Assembly: GCA_964558645.1 (NCBI GenBank)
Contig: CAZLEV010000008.1
Location: 32,001-96,000, forward strand
Source of the DNA: an uncultured archaeon
GTDB taxonomy: Archaea > Asgardarchaeota > Thorarchaeia > Thorarchaeales > Thorarchaeaceae
DNA length: 64,000 nt
Reading direction: 5' to 3'
Shown: piece after piece, positions 36,740-46,680 of the stretch
Layout of the letters: each line of letters starts with the position of its first letter
Position numbering within the stretch: position 1 is the first letter of the stretch
Translations under genes and position numbers: made by a program
The notes under the pieces: generated by a model
The model's database searches: none
What the model was told of the DNA's origin: nothing
Seen by the model: the letters and a program-made list of their open reading frames with translations, nothing else

Positions 36740-38263
36740 ATGATATGGATGCAAAGCAAAGCCATGACCACCGATGAGATGCGTGTGCTCGAACTGAATG
36801 CAGAATACTTGGGGATAAAACTTGGCACACTAATGCAGCAAGCGGGGCGCGAAGTAGCTCACGTTATTGAAACTCGCGAAGACGTAAAAGAAAAGCGAGT
36901 TCTCATACTCGCTGGACTCGGAGGAAATGGTGGCGACGGGATGGTTGCTGCTCGTCACCTGGCTGAGGCCGGAGCCAAAGTTGAGATTTGTCTTATTGGC
37001 GACGAACAACGCATTGCAAGCCCCGACACAGCGGAGAACTGGGCCATCTTGAAGAATCTCCATACCGTTGAATTGAGAATTCTCAACTCCGAGTCCGATA
37101 TCAAAGCGTACAAAGCCATTTCAAAGGCTGACATAATCATCGATGCGATGCTTGGGTTCGGACTGACATCACCTGTGCGCCAGCCCATGTTGACTGCAGT
37201 TAAACGAGTGAACAAGATCTCAGCAAAGAAGTACTCGGTGGACATACCAACCGGTATCAATAGCGATACCGGAGAAGTCCTAGGGGATGCAGTCAAGGCT
37301 GACGTTACGATCACCATGCACGCTCCGAAGACTGGTCTTCTGAACTCAGCAGCATATGCTGGGGAGGTCATTCCTGTTGCCATCGGCATACCTCAAGAAG
37401 CTCACACAATATGTGGACTTGGTGACCTATGGCTGTTCGCTCAGGGTCGAGATTCAAGGTCAAAGAAAGGCGATTTCGGAAGAATACTAGTAGTCGGCGG
37501 CAGCGATGTATACTCCGGAGCCCCTGCTTTATCCGGATTGGCTGCATTGCGGACGGGGGCGGATTTGGTGAGCGTCATCGCACCAGAGCCGGTCGTGGGT
37601 GCCATTCGGTCCTACAGTCCCAATCTCATGGTATTGGGGATGGGCACTTCAGTCTTCTGCATGGAATCTATGCCTGGGACGTTACAGGCGGCACAGAGTA
37701 GTGATGTAGTTGCAATTGGTCCCGGATTGGGACTAGATGAATCTACCAATGCTGCGGTGCGGGGGCTTGTCGAGAATCTGCATGACCAAGGAACCAAGAT
37801 GGTGATTGATGCAGATGGGCTCAAACACTTGGCCCGTTCTGATATCTCTCTTAACCCGCTTGATGATATCCTCACTCCCCACTGGGGCGAGCTCCAGATT
37901 CTGTTGGGCCAGAAGATCGGTGACTCCGGCGATTCCGACAATCGGGTCAAGCGAGCACTTGATGCTGCAACCACGTACAACGCGACAGTCCTACTGAAGG
38001 GACCCACTGATGTGATTGCGTTACCAGATGGATCCTACAAGCTGAATAAGACCGGCGTGCCAGCAATGACAGTCGGAGGCACAGGTGATGTGCTAACAGG
38101 GATATGTGCGACTCTCCTTTCTAGGGGAAAAGGTGCCTTCAATGCGGCAGCTGCAGCAGCATTTGTTTCCGGGAGGTCCGGAGAAATCGCATATGAAGAA
38201 CTCGGCAATCACCTCATGGCAACAGACTGCATTGAAGCGATCCCATCTGCAATGAAACTGTGA
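36740..38263 (+). CDS. nnr: Bifunctional NAD(P)H-hydrate epimerase/dehydratase
   Basis: YjeF_N motifs GGNGGDG and VDIPTG; kinase-like KGDFGRILVVGGS..YSGAP, IDADG, TPHWGE and GGTGDVL. Confidence 0.93.
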   Translation: MIWMQSKAMTTDEMRVLELNAEYLGIKLGTLMQQAGREVAHVIETREDVKEKRVLILAGLGGNGGDGMVAARHLAEAGAKVEICLIGDEQRIASPDTAENWAILKNLHTVELRILNSESDIKAYKAISKADIIIDAMLGFGLTSPVRQPMLTAVKRVNKISAKKYSVDIPTGINSDTGEVLGDAVKADVTITMHAPKTGLLNSAAYAGEVIPVAIGIPQEAHTICGLGDLWLFAQGRDSRSKKGDFGRILVVGGSDVYSGAPALSGLAALRTGADLVSVIAPEPVVGAIRSYSPNLMVLGMGTSVFCMESMPGTLQAAQSSDVVAIGPGLGLDESTNAAVRGLVENLHDQGTKMVIDADGLKHLARSDISLNPLDDILTPHWGELQILLGQKIGDSGDSDNRVKRALDAATTYNATVLLKGPTDVIALPDGSYKLNKTGVPAMTVGGTGDVLTGICATLLSRGKGAFNAAAAAAFVSGRSGEIAYEELGNHLMATDCIEAIPSAMKL

Positions 38264-38265
38264 GA

Positions 38266-39273
38266 TCATACGATGACCGGCATCTGTTCTAGTAGCTGAC
38301 GAGCTAGGTTCTGATTCTCTGAGTTAACCGGTACCCAGACGACTCCTTCATTAGGCTGTCCGTATAACACCGCGGCGTCCATGGGTGCCAGCAGAACGGC
38401 TGGAAATCCGAGCAAGTCCTCTTCGCCGTCAACAGTTATTATCGACTTGCGGTCGTCATGTATAGCCGTATCAATGGTAGACCACGCCTCGGGGTATATC
38501 ACTTCCCGAGGATTGTAGATCAGATACTCACGGTCGGAATGAAACTCTCGGTCAAACTGCCCTCGTTTCGTGGCTCCGTCTACTATACAGACATTGGGCT
38601 GATATCCCTCATCGATCAGCGTTGCGCTTGTGACGTCACCAACAGCTATGACAAGCGGGGGGGATTCTTCTTTGATTCGCTTGATAACTGCTTTCTCCGG
38701 TGCTCCTTCGGTTACTCTATAGAGCTGGCCTTTTGGAGTCTTGAGCTGCCTTCTAGAATCATATTCAAGTCGCCTTGGCGGTTCCGAGGTCCCTCTTAGC
38801 TTCCGCCCCTCTCGGTCAACCTCGCCCAGACGGATTCTCGCTGAAGAGAGCTTGTCACCATCATGAGCCCGTACGGGCTTGAGAAATTCGAGATTATCGC
38901 TGATGCCCAGTGTTTCCTTCCTCAGGGTCAGTCCCCTTGCTTCAAGCTCGACACAGCAGGGGCCTTGGTACATCATGAATGTTGTTGGTCCCTCGATCTC
39001 AAGCAACTCTCGGAAGCTGGTCAGGTACTTGACATCTATAGTCTCGTCAAGGTCAATTGACTTGAGATATTCATTCAGTCGTCTTATTCTGAGCTCGGGT
39101 GGCTGGATCAACGGAGCAAGCTCTAGGTCTTCTCCCATAAGCTCTCCACCTGTCACTGCAGCAACTGGCTCAGGCATATCTTGAAGCCGGTCAACCAACA
39201 CCTGGTGCCCTAGATGCATCCTGTCAAATAGATTCAGAGCCCATGTTCCGGCCATAGGATTCCACATCAACAC
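38266..39273 (-). CDS. Fusion of phosphopantetheine adenylyltransferase and DUF359 GTP-dependent dephospho-CoA kinase
   Basis: FDRMHLGH (HxGH) and KLSSARIRLGEVDREG in the N-terminal half; VGDVTS, IVDGATKR, VDGEEDLL and YGQPNEG in the C-terminal half. Confidence 0.85.
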   Translation of the reverse strand: MLMWNPMAGTWALNLFDRMHLGHQVLVDRLQDMPEPVAAVTGGELMGEDLELAPLIQPPELRIRRLNEYLKSIDLDETIDVKYLTSFRELLEIEGPTTFMMYQGPCCVELEARGLTLRKETLGISDNLEFLKPVRAHDGDKLSSARIRLGEVDREGRKLRGTSEPPRRLEYDSRRQLKTPKGQLYRVTEGAPEKAVIKRIKEESPPLVIAVGDVTSATLIDEGYQPNVCIVDGATKRGQFDREFHSDREYLIYNPREVIYPEAWSTIDTAIHDDRKSIITVDGEEDLLGFPAVLLAPMDAAVLYGQPNEGVVWVPVNSENQNLARQLLEQMPVIV

Positions 39274-39341
39274 TCTCAGATAGAACTTTTAATACCTGTC
39301 CCCATGCTGTCTTATCCATCATAAGAGAGTGGGCCAGCGAT

Positions 39342-40031
39342 ATGAGGATCCTTGCGGTTGCAGATGTGCATTCTCCTCGGTTTCTGACTGAATTTAGGAC
39401 CTCCTTGGATGAACTGGATTCTCCTGACCTGTTGCTTATGGCCGGCGATATGATAAATCGGGGCGATGCGGAAGAATACACGAATGTGATTGATGCCCTT
39501 GAAGAAACAATTGGAACAGGATTCCCGATAGTTGCGTGCTTTGGCAATGAGGAGTATCCCGAAACACGCGATCGAGTTCTTTCACTGGTCGGTGAGCGCA
39601 TTCTCTTTCTCGACGAGAAATCAATTATTCTTCGAATGGACAAGAAACACATCGGTATAGTTGGGACGCAGGGTTCTCTTGACACTCCAACCAGTTGGCA
39701 GAGGAGGAACATTCCTCGAATAAGGCAGATCTATGAGCGAAGGGCGGAACGTGCTGAGAATCTGCTTCGAAAGGTATCTGAGAAGTCAGACATCCGTATT
39801 CTGCTCATGCACTACAGCCCTTGCATCGAGACCTGTGAGGGCGAGCAGACCCGTTCATTCCGTTGGCTGGGCAGTCGCAAGTTCTACAATGTGATTAGTT
39901 CGGAACAGCCGGATGTAGTGATTCACGGGCACGTACACAATGCCACTGTTCACAAGGCCTTCCTTCGACCGACAACTGTCTGGAATGTAGCTTTTCCTGC
40001 CGTCCGACAAGTTACAGAGATCATCTTGTGA
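39342..40031 (+). CDS. Calcineurin-like metallophosphoesterase
   Basis: ADVH, AGD, FGNEE, MHYSP and HGHVH motifs. Confidence 0.9.
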   Translation: MRILAVADVHSPRFLTEFRTSLDELDSPDLLLMAGDMINRGDAEEYTNVIDALEETIGTGFPIVACFGNEEYPETRDRVLSLVGERILFLDEKSIILRMDKKHIGIVGTQGSLDTPTSWQRRNIPRIRQIYERRAERAENLLRKVSEKSDIRILLMHYSPCIETCEGEQTRSFRWLGSRKFYNVISSEQPDVVIHGHVHNATVHKAFLRPTTVWNVAFPAVRQVTEIIL

Positions 40032-40037
40032 TTGGTT

Positions 40038-40460
40038 TCAATCGTGACCCGTCACTGACATGGTTGGCTCGAACTTGTAGCCATAGACAATGATTCCGTC
40101 TTCGCCGTATTGTGTTATCTTTCGGAAACAGACGCGGACGCGCATGCCGATCTTGACATCCTCAGGGTCAATATTCACAATTTGTGCTGTCAGCCTCGGT
40201 CCTTCGTCGAGCTCCACCTGTGCAACTGCATATGGCACCTGGCGTTTGAAGTCTTCTGGTGCCTGTCGCACGATTGAGAAAGTATGGATCTTCCCGAGGC
40301 CCTTGTATTTGTACTCCTCAAGCTCCGCCTTTCTTCTACATGTCGGGCAAACAAGTCTTGGTGGGAAATAATATGCATCACAGGTCTTACAGTGTGTCCC
40401 AATAAGATTGTAGATCACTTCAAATCTTCGCCAGGCTTGTGCTACTCCTTTCTCTGCCAT
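40038..40460 (-). CDS. DUF35 Zn-ribbon/OB-fold scaffold protein of the thiolase-HMGCS complex
   Basis: CKTC..YFPPR..CPTC, PYAVA.VEL.EG..LTAQI and YGYKF motifs; operonic with thiolase and HMGCS. Confidence 0.92.
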   Translation of the reverse strand: MAEKGVAQAWRRFEVIYNLIGTHCKTCDAYYFPPRLVCPTCRRKAELEEYKYKGLGKIHTFSIVRQAPEDFKRQVPYAVAQVELDEGPRLTAQIVNIDPEDVKIGMRVRVCFRKITQYGEDGIIVYGYKFEPTMSVTGHD

Positions 40461-40465
40461 TATCT

Positions 40466-41626
40466 TCACCTTCCAAGAATGTGTACTATTGATGTTGCTC
40501 CCGTACCCCCGATATTCACAGCCATAGCTTTCTCTGCTCCCTCTACCTGCCTCTTCTCTGCATCTCCTCTCAGCTGAAGGACGAGCTCAACTATCTGAGC
40601 AACTCCGGTCGCGCCAATGGGATGTCCTCGTGCCTTCAAGCCGCCTGATGTGTTCACTGGAAACTCGCCTTTGAGTTCTGTGACACCATCATCGAGCAGC
40701 TTGCCACCTTCACCCTTCTTGGCCAACCCCACGTCTTCTGTGAGCACTATCTCGCTTATAGTGAAACTGTCATGAAGCTCGAAGACATCTATGTCTTTGA
40801 TGGAGAGGTCTGCTTGCTTTAGAGCGCGTCTACTGGACAGAACAACAGAGGCCATGGTACAGATATCCTCCCTGTCATGGAGGGCTAGGCTGTCAGTTGC
40901 CTGTGTCGACGCTTCAACGAAGACCGGATTATCTGTGAACTCACTGGCTCGTTCCTCACTGCACATCACAAGACCGGCTGCACCATCTGTGATTGGTGAC
41001 GAATGCAGTACTCGAATGGGATCTGCTAGCATTCCGGAGTTCATTACTACCTTGAGGGGCAGAGATCGCTGAAACTGAGCCCAGGGATTGTACTGTGCGT
41101 TGTAATGGTTCTTCACTGCCACCTTCCCAAGTTGTTCGTCAGTTGTTCCGTACTCCATCATATGACGTCTCGCTATGAACCCATAGAGTGCAGGAAATGT
41201 AGCTCCGAACATTCCTTCCCAGTCCATGTCGCTTGCAACGCTGATTGTGTTCATCGCCTCGCTCTGGCTTACATCGCTCATCTTTTCACAACCCAGAACG
41301 AGCATCACATCATGTTCGCCCGATTTGATTGACATGTATGCTTGTCTGACGGCTGCTCCACCGCTTGCACATGCCGCTTCAACACTGTATGCCGGGATGT
41401 TGCCAAGACCTCCCATGTCTACAGCGAGAGCACCTAGATGCTCTTGTCCGGTAAAACGCCCTGCGCTCATATTGCCGATGGCGATTGCTTCAATCTCCTT
41501 TCCCTGAACACCAGCATCGAAGATTGCGTACATTCCACCTTCTAATGTTATCTCTCGCAGGCTTTTGCCCCAGAGCTCTCCAAACTTGCTCATTCCTACT
41601 CCGACTATAGCCACTCTGTTACTCAT
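40466..41626 (-). CDS. Acetoacetyl-CoA thiolase (archaeal type)
   Basis: EAACASG, ELHDSF and NTSGGLKARGHPIGATG motifs. Confidence 0.95.
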   Translation of the reverse strand: MSNRVAIVGVGMSKFGELWGKSLREITLEGGMYAIFDAGVQGKEIEAIAIGNMSAGRFTGQEHLGALAVDMGGLGNIPAYSVEAACASGGAAVRQAYMSIKSGEHDVMLVLGCEKMSDVSQSEAMNTISVASDMDWEGMFGATFPALYGFIARRHMMEYGTTDEQLGKVAVKNHYNAQYNPWAQFQRSLPLKVVMNSGMLADPIRVLHSSPITDGAAGLVMCSEERASEFTDNPVFVEASTQATDSLALHDREDICTMASVVLSSRRALKQADLSIKDIDVFELHDSFTISEIVLTEDVGLAKKGEGGKLLDDGVTELKGEFPVNTSGGLKARGHPIGATGVAQIVELVLQLRGDAEKRQVEGAEKAMAVNIGGTGATSIVHILGR

Positions 41627-41638
41627 CTTCTCTCCTCC

Positions 41639-42688
41639 TCACCCGAGTGCTTTGATTTTCCGTCTGTACTTCGCGTATATTGAGTAGTTCACGTAGGTCT
41701 TCCTCTCAACGTAGTCATCGACTGTGGGAACTTCTCCCCGTCGGCCTTCAATCTCGTCTTCGACAATAATCGAGAAGGCATCGCTACCTGCCCCTGAACC
41801 ATAGGACACCATGAAAATTCTTGAACCGGGATCTGCAATGTCGAGTATTCGTGCGAGTCCCATCATAGCCGAGGCCGAGTATGTGTTTCCGATTCTCTTC
41901 ACCACAAGGCTATCTTCCAGTTTCTCGGCTGGAACCCCAAGAGTCTTAGCTACAGCCATGGGGAACTTCCCATTGGGCTGATGGAACACAAAGTAGTCGT
42001 AATCATCAATGGTCGTCCCCGTCTTGTTCATCAATGCCTTGGCACCTGCCTCAACGTGCCGGAAATAAGCTGGTTCCCCTGTAAATCTGGCGCCGTGACT
42101 CGGGAAGGGCTGCCCTTCCCTTCGCCAGAAGTCCGGTGTGTCTGTAGTGAATGAGGTTGTCTTTTCGATGGTCGCGACTGGGTTGTCCTTTCCAATCAGG
42201 ATCGCAACTCCACCTGCAGCAGCAGAGTACTCCAGCGCATCACCCGGCCGACTCTGAGCCGTATCTGAACCTATAGCCAGACCGACGTCAATCATATCAG
42301 ATTTTACGAGACCCATGCAGGTCTGTATTGCAGCCGTACCGGCTTTGCATGCAAATTCGAAGTCAGCACATGTCATGTCTGCGGAACAGCCAATTGCCTC
42401 AGACACTATGGTGCCCGTTGGTTTGACCGCATAGGGATGCGATTCCGATCCAACATATACCGCCCCAATTCTCTTGGGATCTATGCCTGCATACTTCACT
42501 GCATTTCTTGCAGCCTCTGTAGATATAGTCACTACGTCCTCGTCGGGACCGGGAACTGATTTCTCGAATACCAGCAGGCCGTGGGCCATGGCTTCGCCAT
42601 CATCGCCCCAGACATCCGCAATGTCCTCAGTCTTTATCCTGTAGCGTGGTATGTATACTCCGTAACCAACTATGCCAACCATGACCAC
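41639..42688 (-). CDS. Hydroxymethylglutaryl-CoA synthase (archaeal)
   Basis: [34 protein letters not shown] and SYGSGAGSD motifs. Confidence 0.95.
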   Translation of the reverse strand: MVMVGIVGYGVYIPRYRIKTEDIADVWGDDGEAMAHGLLVFEKSVPGPDEDVVTISTEAARNAVKYAGIDPKRIGAVYVGSESHPYAVKPTGTIVSEAIGCSADMTCADFEFACKAGTAAIQTCMGLVKSDMIDVGLAIGSDTAQSRPGDALEYSAAAGGVAILIGKDNPVATIEKTTSFTTDTPDFWRREGQPFPSHGARFTGEPAYFRHVEAGAKALMNKTGTTIDDYDYFVFHQPNGKFPMAVAKTLGVPAEKLEDSLVVKRIGNTYSASAMMGLARILDIADPGSRIFMVSYGSGAGSDAFSIIVEDEIEGRRGEVPTVDDYVERKTYVNYSIYAKYRRKIKALG

Positions 42689-42927
42689 TTACTCCATGTA
42701 ATTCGGTAAATGCCGAATTGAGTTACGTCACTTGACTGCGTTCGGAAGTTGTCCCTCTTATCAAGGTTGCTGTGTGTCAATCCGTTTCGACCGACTTTCA
42801 CCGAAAGCATAACCCCTTTATCGCAGCATGACGACAGCTCAGAAAATCGTTTCCTGATATATATGACTAGCGAAATGATAATCGTGTCGATATGAAAATA
42901 GCTGCATGAACGAATAGAAGACTGGAA

Positions 42928-44436
42928 CTACAAGCGTTTCTTGAAGTCATGAACTGCTCTCAGATTGATTGTCAGGTTGGTATCGTGTCCTATCGGGTGC
43001 CCTAGCATTCCGATCTGCGCTGCAATCTCACTCAGAACAAGATCAATGCTCTGATATACTTCTCTCTTCGTAGAATGAGCAAGCTCCGCAACATTACATC
43101 TCATCGATTCGGTCAAGAGCTTGGCCGAACCAGAGCTGTACTGTGTGGCCTTCTTTTCTCTGTTTGCAAGCATAGGGTCAAGTCCCATCTCGGCCGCTAA
43201 CTCCCTGAATATCACTTTCCTCTCTGGCGGGTCATCGGGATGGACTTTGTAACTTGCAGGGATCTGCATCGCTAGTTGAATGAAGCTGCTACTGAGATAT
43301 GGGCAGAAGAGGTCACATCCGCCAAAGGCAACGGCAAGTTCGTCGCGTTCTATATTCTTGTCGTGAGTGGATGATATGTCCTTCCATAGTCTCTGCTCCA
43401 AGGCCTTTTCACCCGCTCTTCTGAAGATGTTCACATATCTCGAGTAGCCTGCGAATAGCTCGTCAGGGCCTTGGCCGGAGATGATGAGTTTCAGGCCGTC
43501 CTTCCTCGCCTGCTTTGAAGCCAGGAGAAATGGTGTCGCTATTTCAATATCCATTCTGTTGGCCCTTTCAATCGCATACACCACCTCTGGAAGAGTCTTC
43601 CAGATCAGCTCTTCGTTCATCTCTATGAATGTGATCGGGCATTCCAGAACTTCTGCAGCTTCTTGAGCAGCATTGTGATCCCTCGCTTCCGATGCGCATG
43701 CCGTATAGAGAGTGACCCTTGAGAATCTCTTCTTTGCCAAGAATGCTACCAGTGAGCTGTCAACACCCCCAGAGAAGAGCACTCCCACCTCACTCCCCGT
43801 GATCTTGTTGAATGATTGTGTTAACTCCCTTCTGAGTTGTCCCTTGTATACAACTGGTTCTCTTGAGTGGTCAACAGGTGGTTGTAGGTCAGGGATTCTC
43901 CATGCCAGGGATATTTCTCCCTCCCAGGTCACGTTCAGAAACTGGCCTGGCTGAATGGTCACGGGTTCGGCTACTCCAAGACTCCAGAGGGCTTTTCGTT
44001 CGGTGGAGAAGAGGATGTTGTTACCCTGTAGCTGATAGTGTATCGGCTTGAATGACAGTCTTGACCGAAGGATGTTCAGGCCCAGAGAATCAAACTTCAG
44101 TACAAGGAGGTCACCAATGTCCGCGAGATGCAATGAGAGTCCCTGGACGCTGCGATCATGAACCTGTGATGGATCAAGTCCCTCTCTGAGAATCTTCAGG
44201 CTGCCCTCCATCGTGTCCCAGCCATCTGCTATCCAAAATCCGCTTGTGCTCTCTCTGACCTCTCCTCTGTGATCTTGAAGCATCTGCAGAGCAATAACGG
44301 CAGTCCTGTCGTGCGGTCCATCCACCCGCATCATCTTGGCTGGTCCACGATGTGAGAGGATACTCTCCACGGAGCCAATCGGAATCTCGTCATCTTCATC
44401 TCGCCCGAGAGGAAAGGCTCCAGTGATGCACACCAT
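42928..44436 (-). CDS. Asparagine synthetase-like protein (AsnB C-terminal synthetase domain, divergent Ntn domain)
   Basis: LFSGGVDSS PP-loop, SGQGPDELFAGY and REKKATQYSSG motifs. Confidence 0.85.
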   Translation of the reverse strand: MVCITGAFPLGRDEDDEIPIGSVESILSHRGPAKMMRVDGPHDRTAVIALQMLQDHRGEVRESTSGFWIADGWDTMEGSLKILREGLDPSQVHDRSVQGLSLHLADIGDLLVLKFDSLGLNILRSRLSFKPIHYQLQGNNILFSTERKALWSLGVAEPVTIQPGQFLNVTWEGEISLAWRIPDLQPPVDHSREPVVYKGQLRRELTQSFNKITGSEVGVLFSGGVDSSLVAFLAKKRFSRVTLYTACASEARDHNAAQEAAEVLECPITFIEMNEELIWKTLPEVVYAIERANRMDIEIATPFLLASKQARKDGLKLIISGQGPDELFAGYSRYVNIFRRAGEKALEQRLWKDISSTHDKNIERDELAVAFGGCDLFCPYLSSSFIQLAMQIPASYKVHPDDPPERKVIFRELAAEMGLDPMLANREKKATQYSSGSAKLLTESMRCNVAELAHSTKREVYQSIDLVLSEIAAQIGMLGHPIGHDTNLTINLRAVHDFKKRL

Positions 44437-44528
44437 TCTCTGTATCGTCCTCTAGTCCTCATAGAAAGGAACGTATAGATCCTTGCTAGCAGACTGTCAT
44501 TCTTGACAAGCTGATAAATGAATCGGGA

Positions 44529-44948
44529 TTACCCAGAAACAGGCACATCGCGAAGGACAACCTTCTGAACTCCCGTTATCCCTTTCATCTTTTCCCTAAG
44601 CTTCTCAAGATCCATCTCCAGCTGCTGAGGTGTGAAATAGCATTCATAGTAGCACTGACTTGCTGATTGACATATCCCGCTCGTGAAGAGGATGTCCTCG
44701 AGTCCAGCACCTTCGAAAATCAGTGTCAGCTCCTCGAGAAAGCTCTTGCTCAGTTTGTCTATCTCGAGTTTGAGGTAGAGTACCTTGTCACTGTCAACGG
44801 GATATAACTTGACGTTCTTGTCCTTCATGACCAGGATGGCAAGACCGTATGGTTGACCAATCCCCTCTACGAAATCCGCGGGCAGCGTGATTGCGTTTCC
44901 CTTTTCTATTTTCATAACCCTTGCTTGTGTCATATCTGCCTTGGTCAT
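44529..44948 (-). CDS. Small protein with AbrB-like N-terminus and ACT-like C-terminus
   Basis: KIEKGNAITLP swapped-hairpin-like start; ferredoxin-like C-terminal half (LKLEI...ILFTSGIC...ITGVQKV). Confidence 0.55.
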   Translation of the reverse strand: MTKADMTQARVMKIEKGNAITLPADFVEGIGQPYGLAILVMKDKNVKLYPVDSDKVLYLKLEIDKLSKSFLEELTLIFEGAGLEDILFTSGICQSASQCYYECYFTPQQLEMDLEKLREKMKGITGVQKVVLRDVPVSG

Positions 44949-45027
44949 CTTGTTCCTTCTCCAGACTGAGGATAAACGTCATTGTCCTGTGATGATTATA
45001 TTTCTTGTGGGCAACTGGTTTGGCTAG

Positions 45028-46572
45028 TTATGACTTCCTTCTGAACCAACCCATTATCTCTCCTATCACGCCCCTATCCGGTTTTCTGAGTGTATGAAGC
45101 CTCCACTTATGTTTGTCAGGTTCGTAATACTCAAGAAAAGCACAGCCATCATCATCCTTCATTCTCTCCATCTCTTGGAGGCGTCCCATCAACCAAGCCT
45201 TTCTTGTTATCGGAACGTTGGAAGTGGTCATGTCGAAGAGATGCGGGTGTAAATCGAATACCAGGGCTCTTTCACTCATATACTCAAGTACACCCTGCGT
45301 GAGTGCCTCACTGATTGTCTCCCGATTTGTGTAGAATGATGCCGCCACTGACATGTTTGGGTGTTTCTCAGGAATATTCAGAGCGAACTTAAAAGAGCGA
45401 TTGAACTTTGAGAGGTGTGTTGCAGCATCGATAAAGAGAATGGTCTCGGGCTTCCCCTCGAATTCATCTTCTAATACTTCTGTTTCTACTCCTGTCAAAC
45501 GATCTTGGTCTTCTCTTTCTAACTCTCCATGGATGTCGCCAATCTCATCGTCCTCGATTACATCATCTCCGCGAGAATCTTTCTTTACTTCTGCTTCAGC
45601 GGCTGTTGGAGCCTTTCTCCTTCTCAGGTGAGGCGGTACATAGCCTACCTCTTCAACAAGATGCTGCAATATTAATGGTAGAAAGAGATCATAGAGTGTC
45701 CCTCTGGTTTCTGTGATCAGTAAGACAGGTTTGAAGGTCTCAACTGCCTCCTGAATTCCGGACTTGTATTTCGAGTCCTCGTCAAAGAATTTTCTCAGGT
45801 TCTCAACAGAGTAGCCCTCCTGTACCCGTGTCTCCCACTCCTCATATACTTCCTTCACTTCTTGCTTTCTTCGGTCCTTGAGGAGTCCCATGAACTTGCC
45901 GAGATACTTGACGCCTCTCGATACGGCAACTGTCGGACTGATGAATACAGTCATGAGGCCTACTGCCTCTCCTGCATATTCGCTGGCCTCAGTGCTTCTT
46001 ATCTTTCCCATGACTTCCTCTGTTAGAGAAGGAGGACCAAGCTTTTCGACCAGAACCTCATGCATTCCCTCAAAGTTCTCAAAGGACGCATCTGCAGGGC
46101 CTATGTCTTCCCCGACCGGGGATGCATCTGACAACACTTCGGCAAACACATTAGGTCGTTTTATCAACCATGCAAGAGGTATCCTGAAAGTCTGGTATCT
46201 GTGCAACCATTCGCGGTCTGAGTCCTTCGGTCCGAAATAGAACTTTTCAGCGTCAGGAAATGAATCGTCAAAGAGCTCCATGAACTGGTGGAATCCTTTT
46301 GGGGTGCTAAGCCCCATCTCAGCACTCTCTAACGAGTCCACCACGAAGACAAGTCCTGATTCTTTCTTCTTTGTGATCGAGGCCATAGTAAGCATGACCT
46401 GTTTGGGTGAGAGGTATAATAGATCGCTCTCTGCATAGGGTGCATCATAGAATGAAAATATCCCCAATCTCTTCCAAGGTCTATCCCGAAGCTTCTCGTG
46501 TGCCAAGTACGAGAACCACTCGTATCCACGCTTGTATCTGGGTATACTCATATCGATTTCAGACTCAGTCAT
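45028..46572 (-). CDS. Hypothetical protein (514 aa), possibly a degenerate HerA/FtsK-like P-loop protein
   Basis: Long ORF with a Walker-B-like PETILFIDAATHL and no intact Walker A. Confidence 0.7.
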   Translation of the reverse strand: MTESEIDMSIPRYKRGYEWFSYLAHEKLRDRPWKRLGIFSFYDAPYAESDLLYLSPKQVMLTMASITKKKESGLVFVVDSLESAEMGLSTPKGFHQFMELFDDSFPDAEKFYFGPKDSDREWLHRYQTFRIPLAWLIKRPNVFAEVLSDASPVGEDIGPADASFENFEGMHEVLVEKLGPPSLTEEVMGKIRSTEASEYAGEAVGLMTVFISPTVAVSRGVKYLGKFMGLLKDRRKQEVKEVYEEWETRVQEGYSVENLRKFFDEDSKYKSGIQEAVETFKPVLLITETRGTLYDLFLPLILQHLVEEVGYVPPHLRRRKAPTAAEAEVKKDSRGDDVIEDDEIGDIHGELEREDQDRLTGVETEVLEDEFEGKPETILFIDAATHLSKFNRSFKFALNIPEKHPNMSVAASFYTNRETISEALTQGVLEYMSERALVFDLHPHLFDMTTSNVPITRKAWLMGRLQEMERMKDDDGCAFLEYYEPDKHKWRLHTLRKPDRGVIGEIMGWFRRKS

Positions 46573-46680
46573 CTAATAGCCTCTCAATGTCATACACTTG
46601 GGTAGTGACTCAATCAACGCCACGTTGAGCGATTGTCCATATGAATCTTGGCCACATACTGAGTGGTTCTGAAACGGTCC

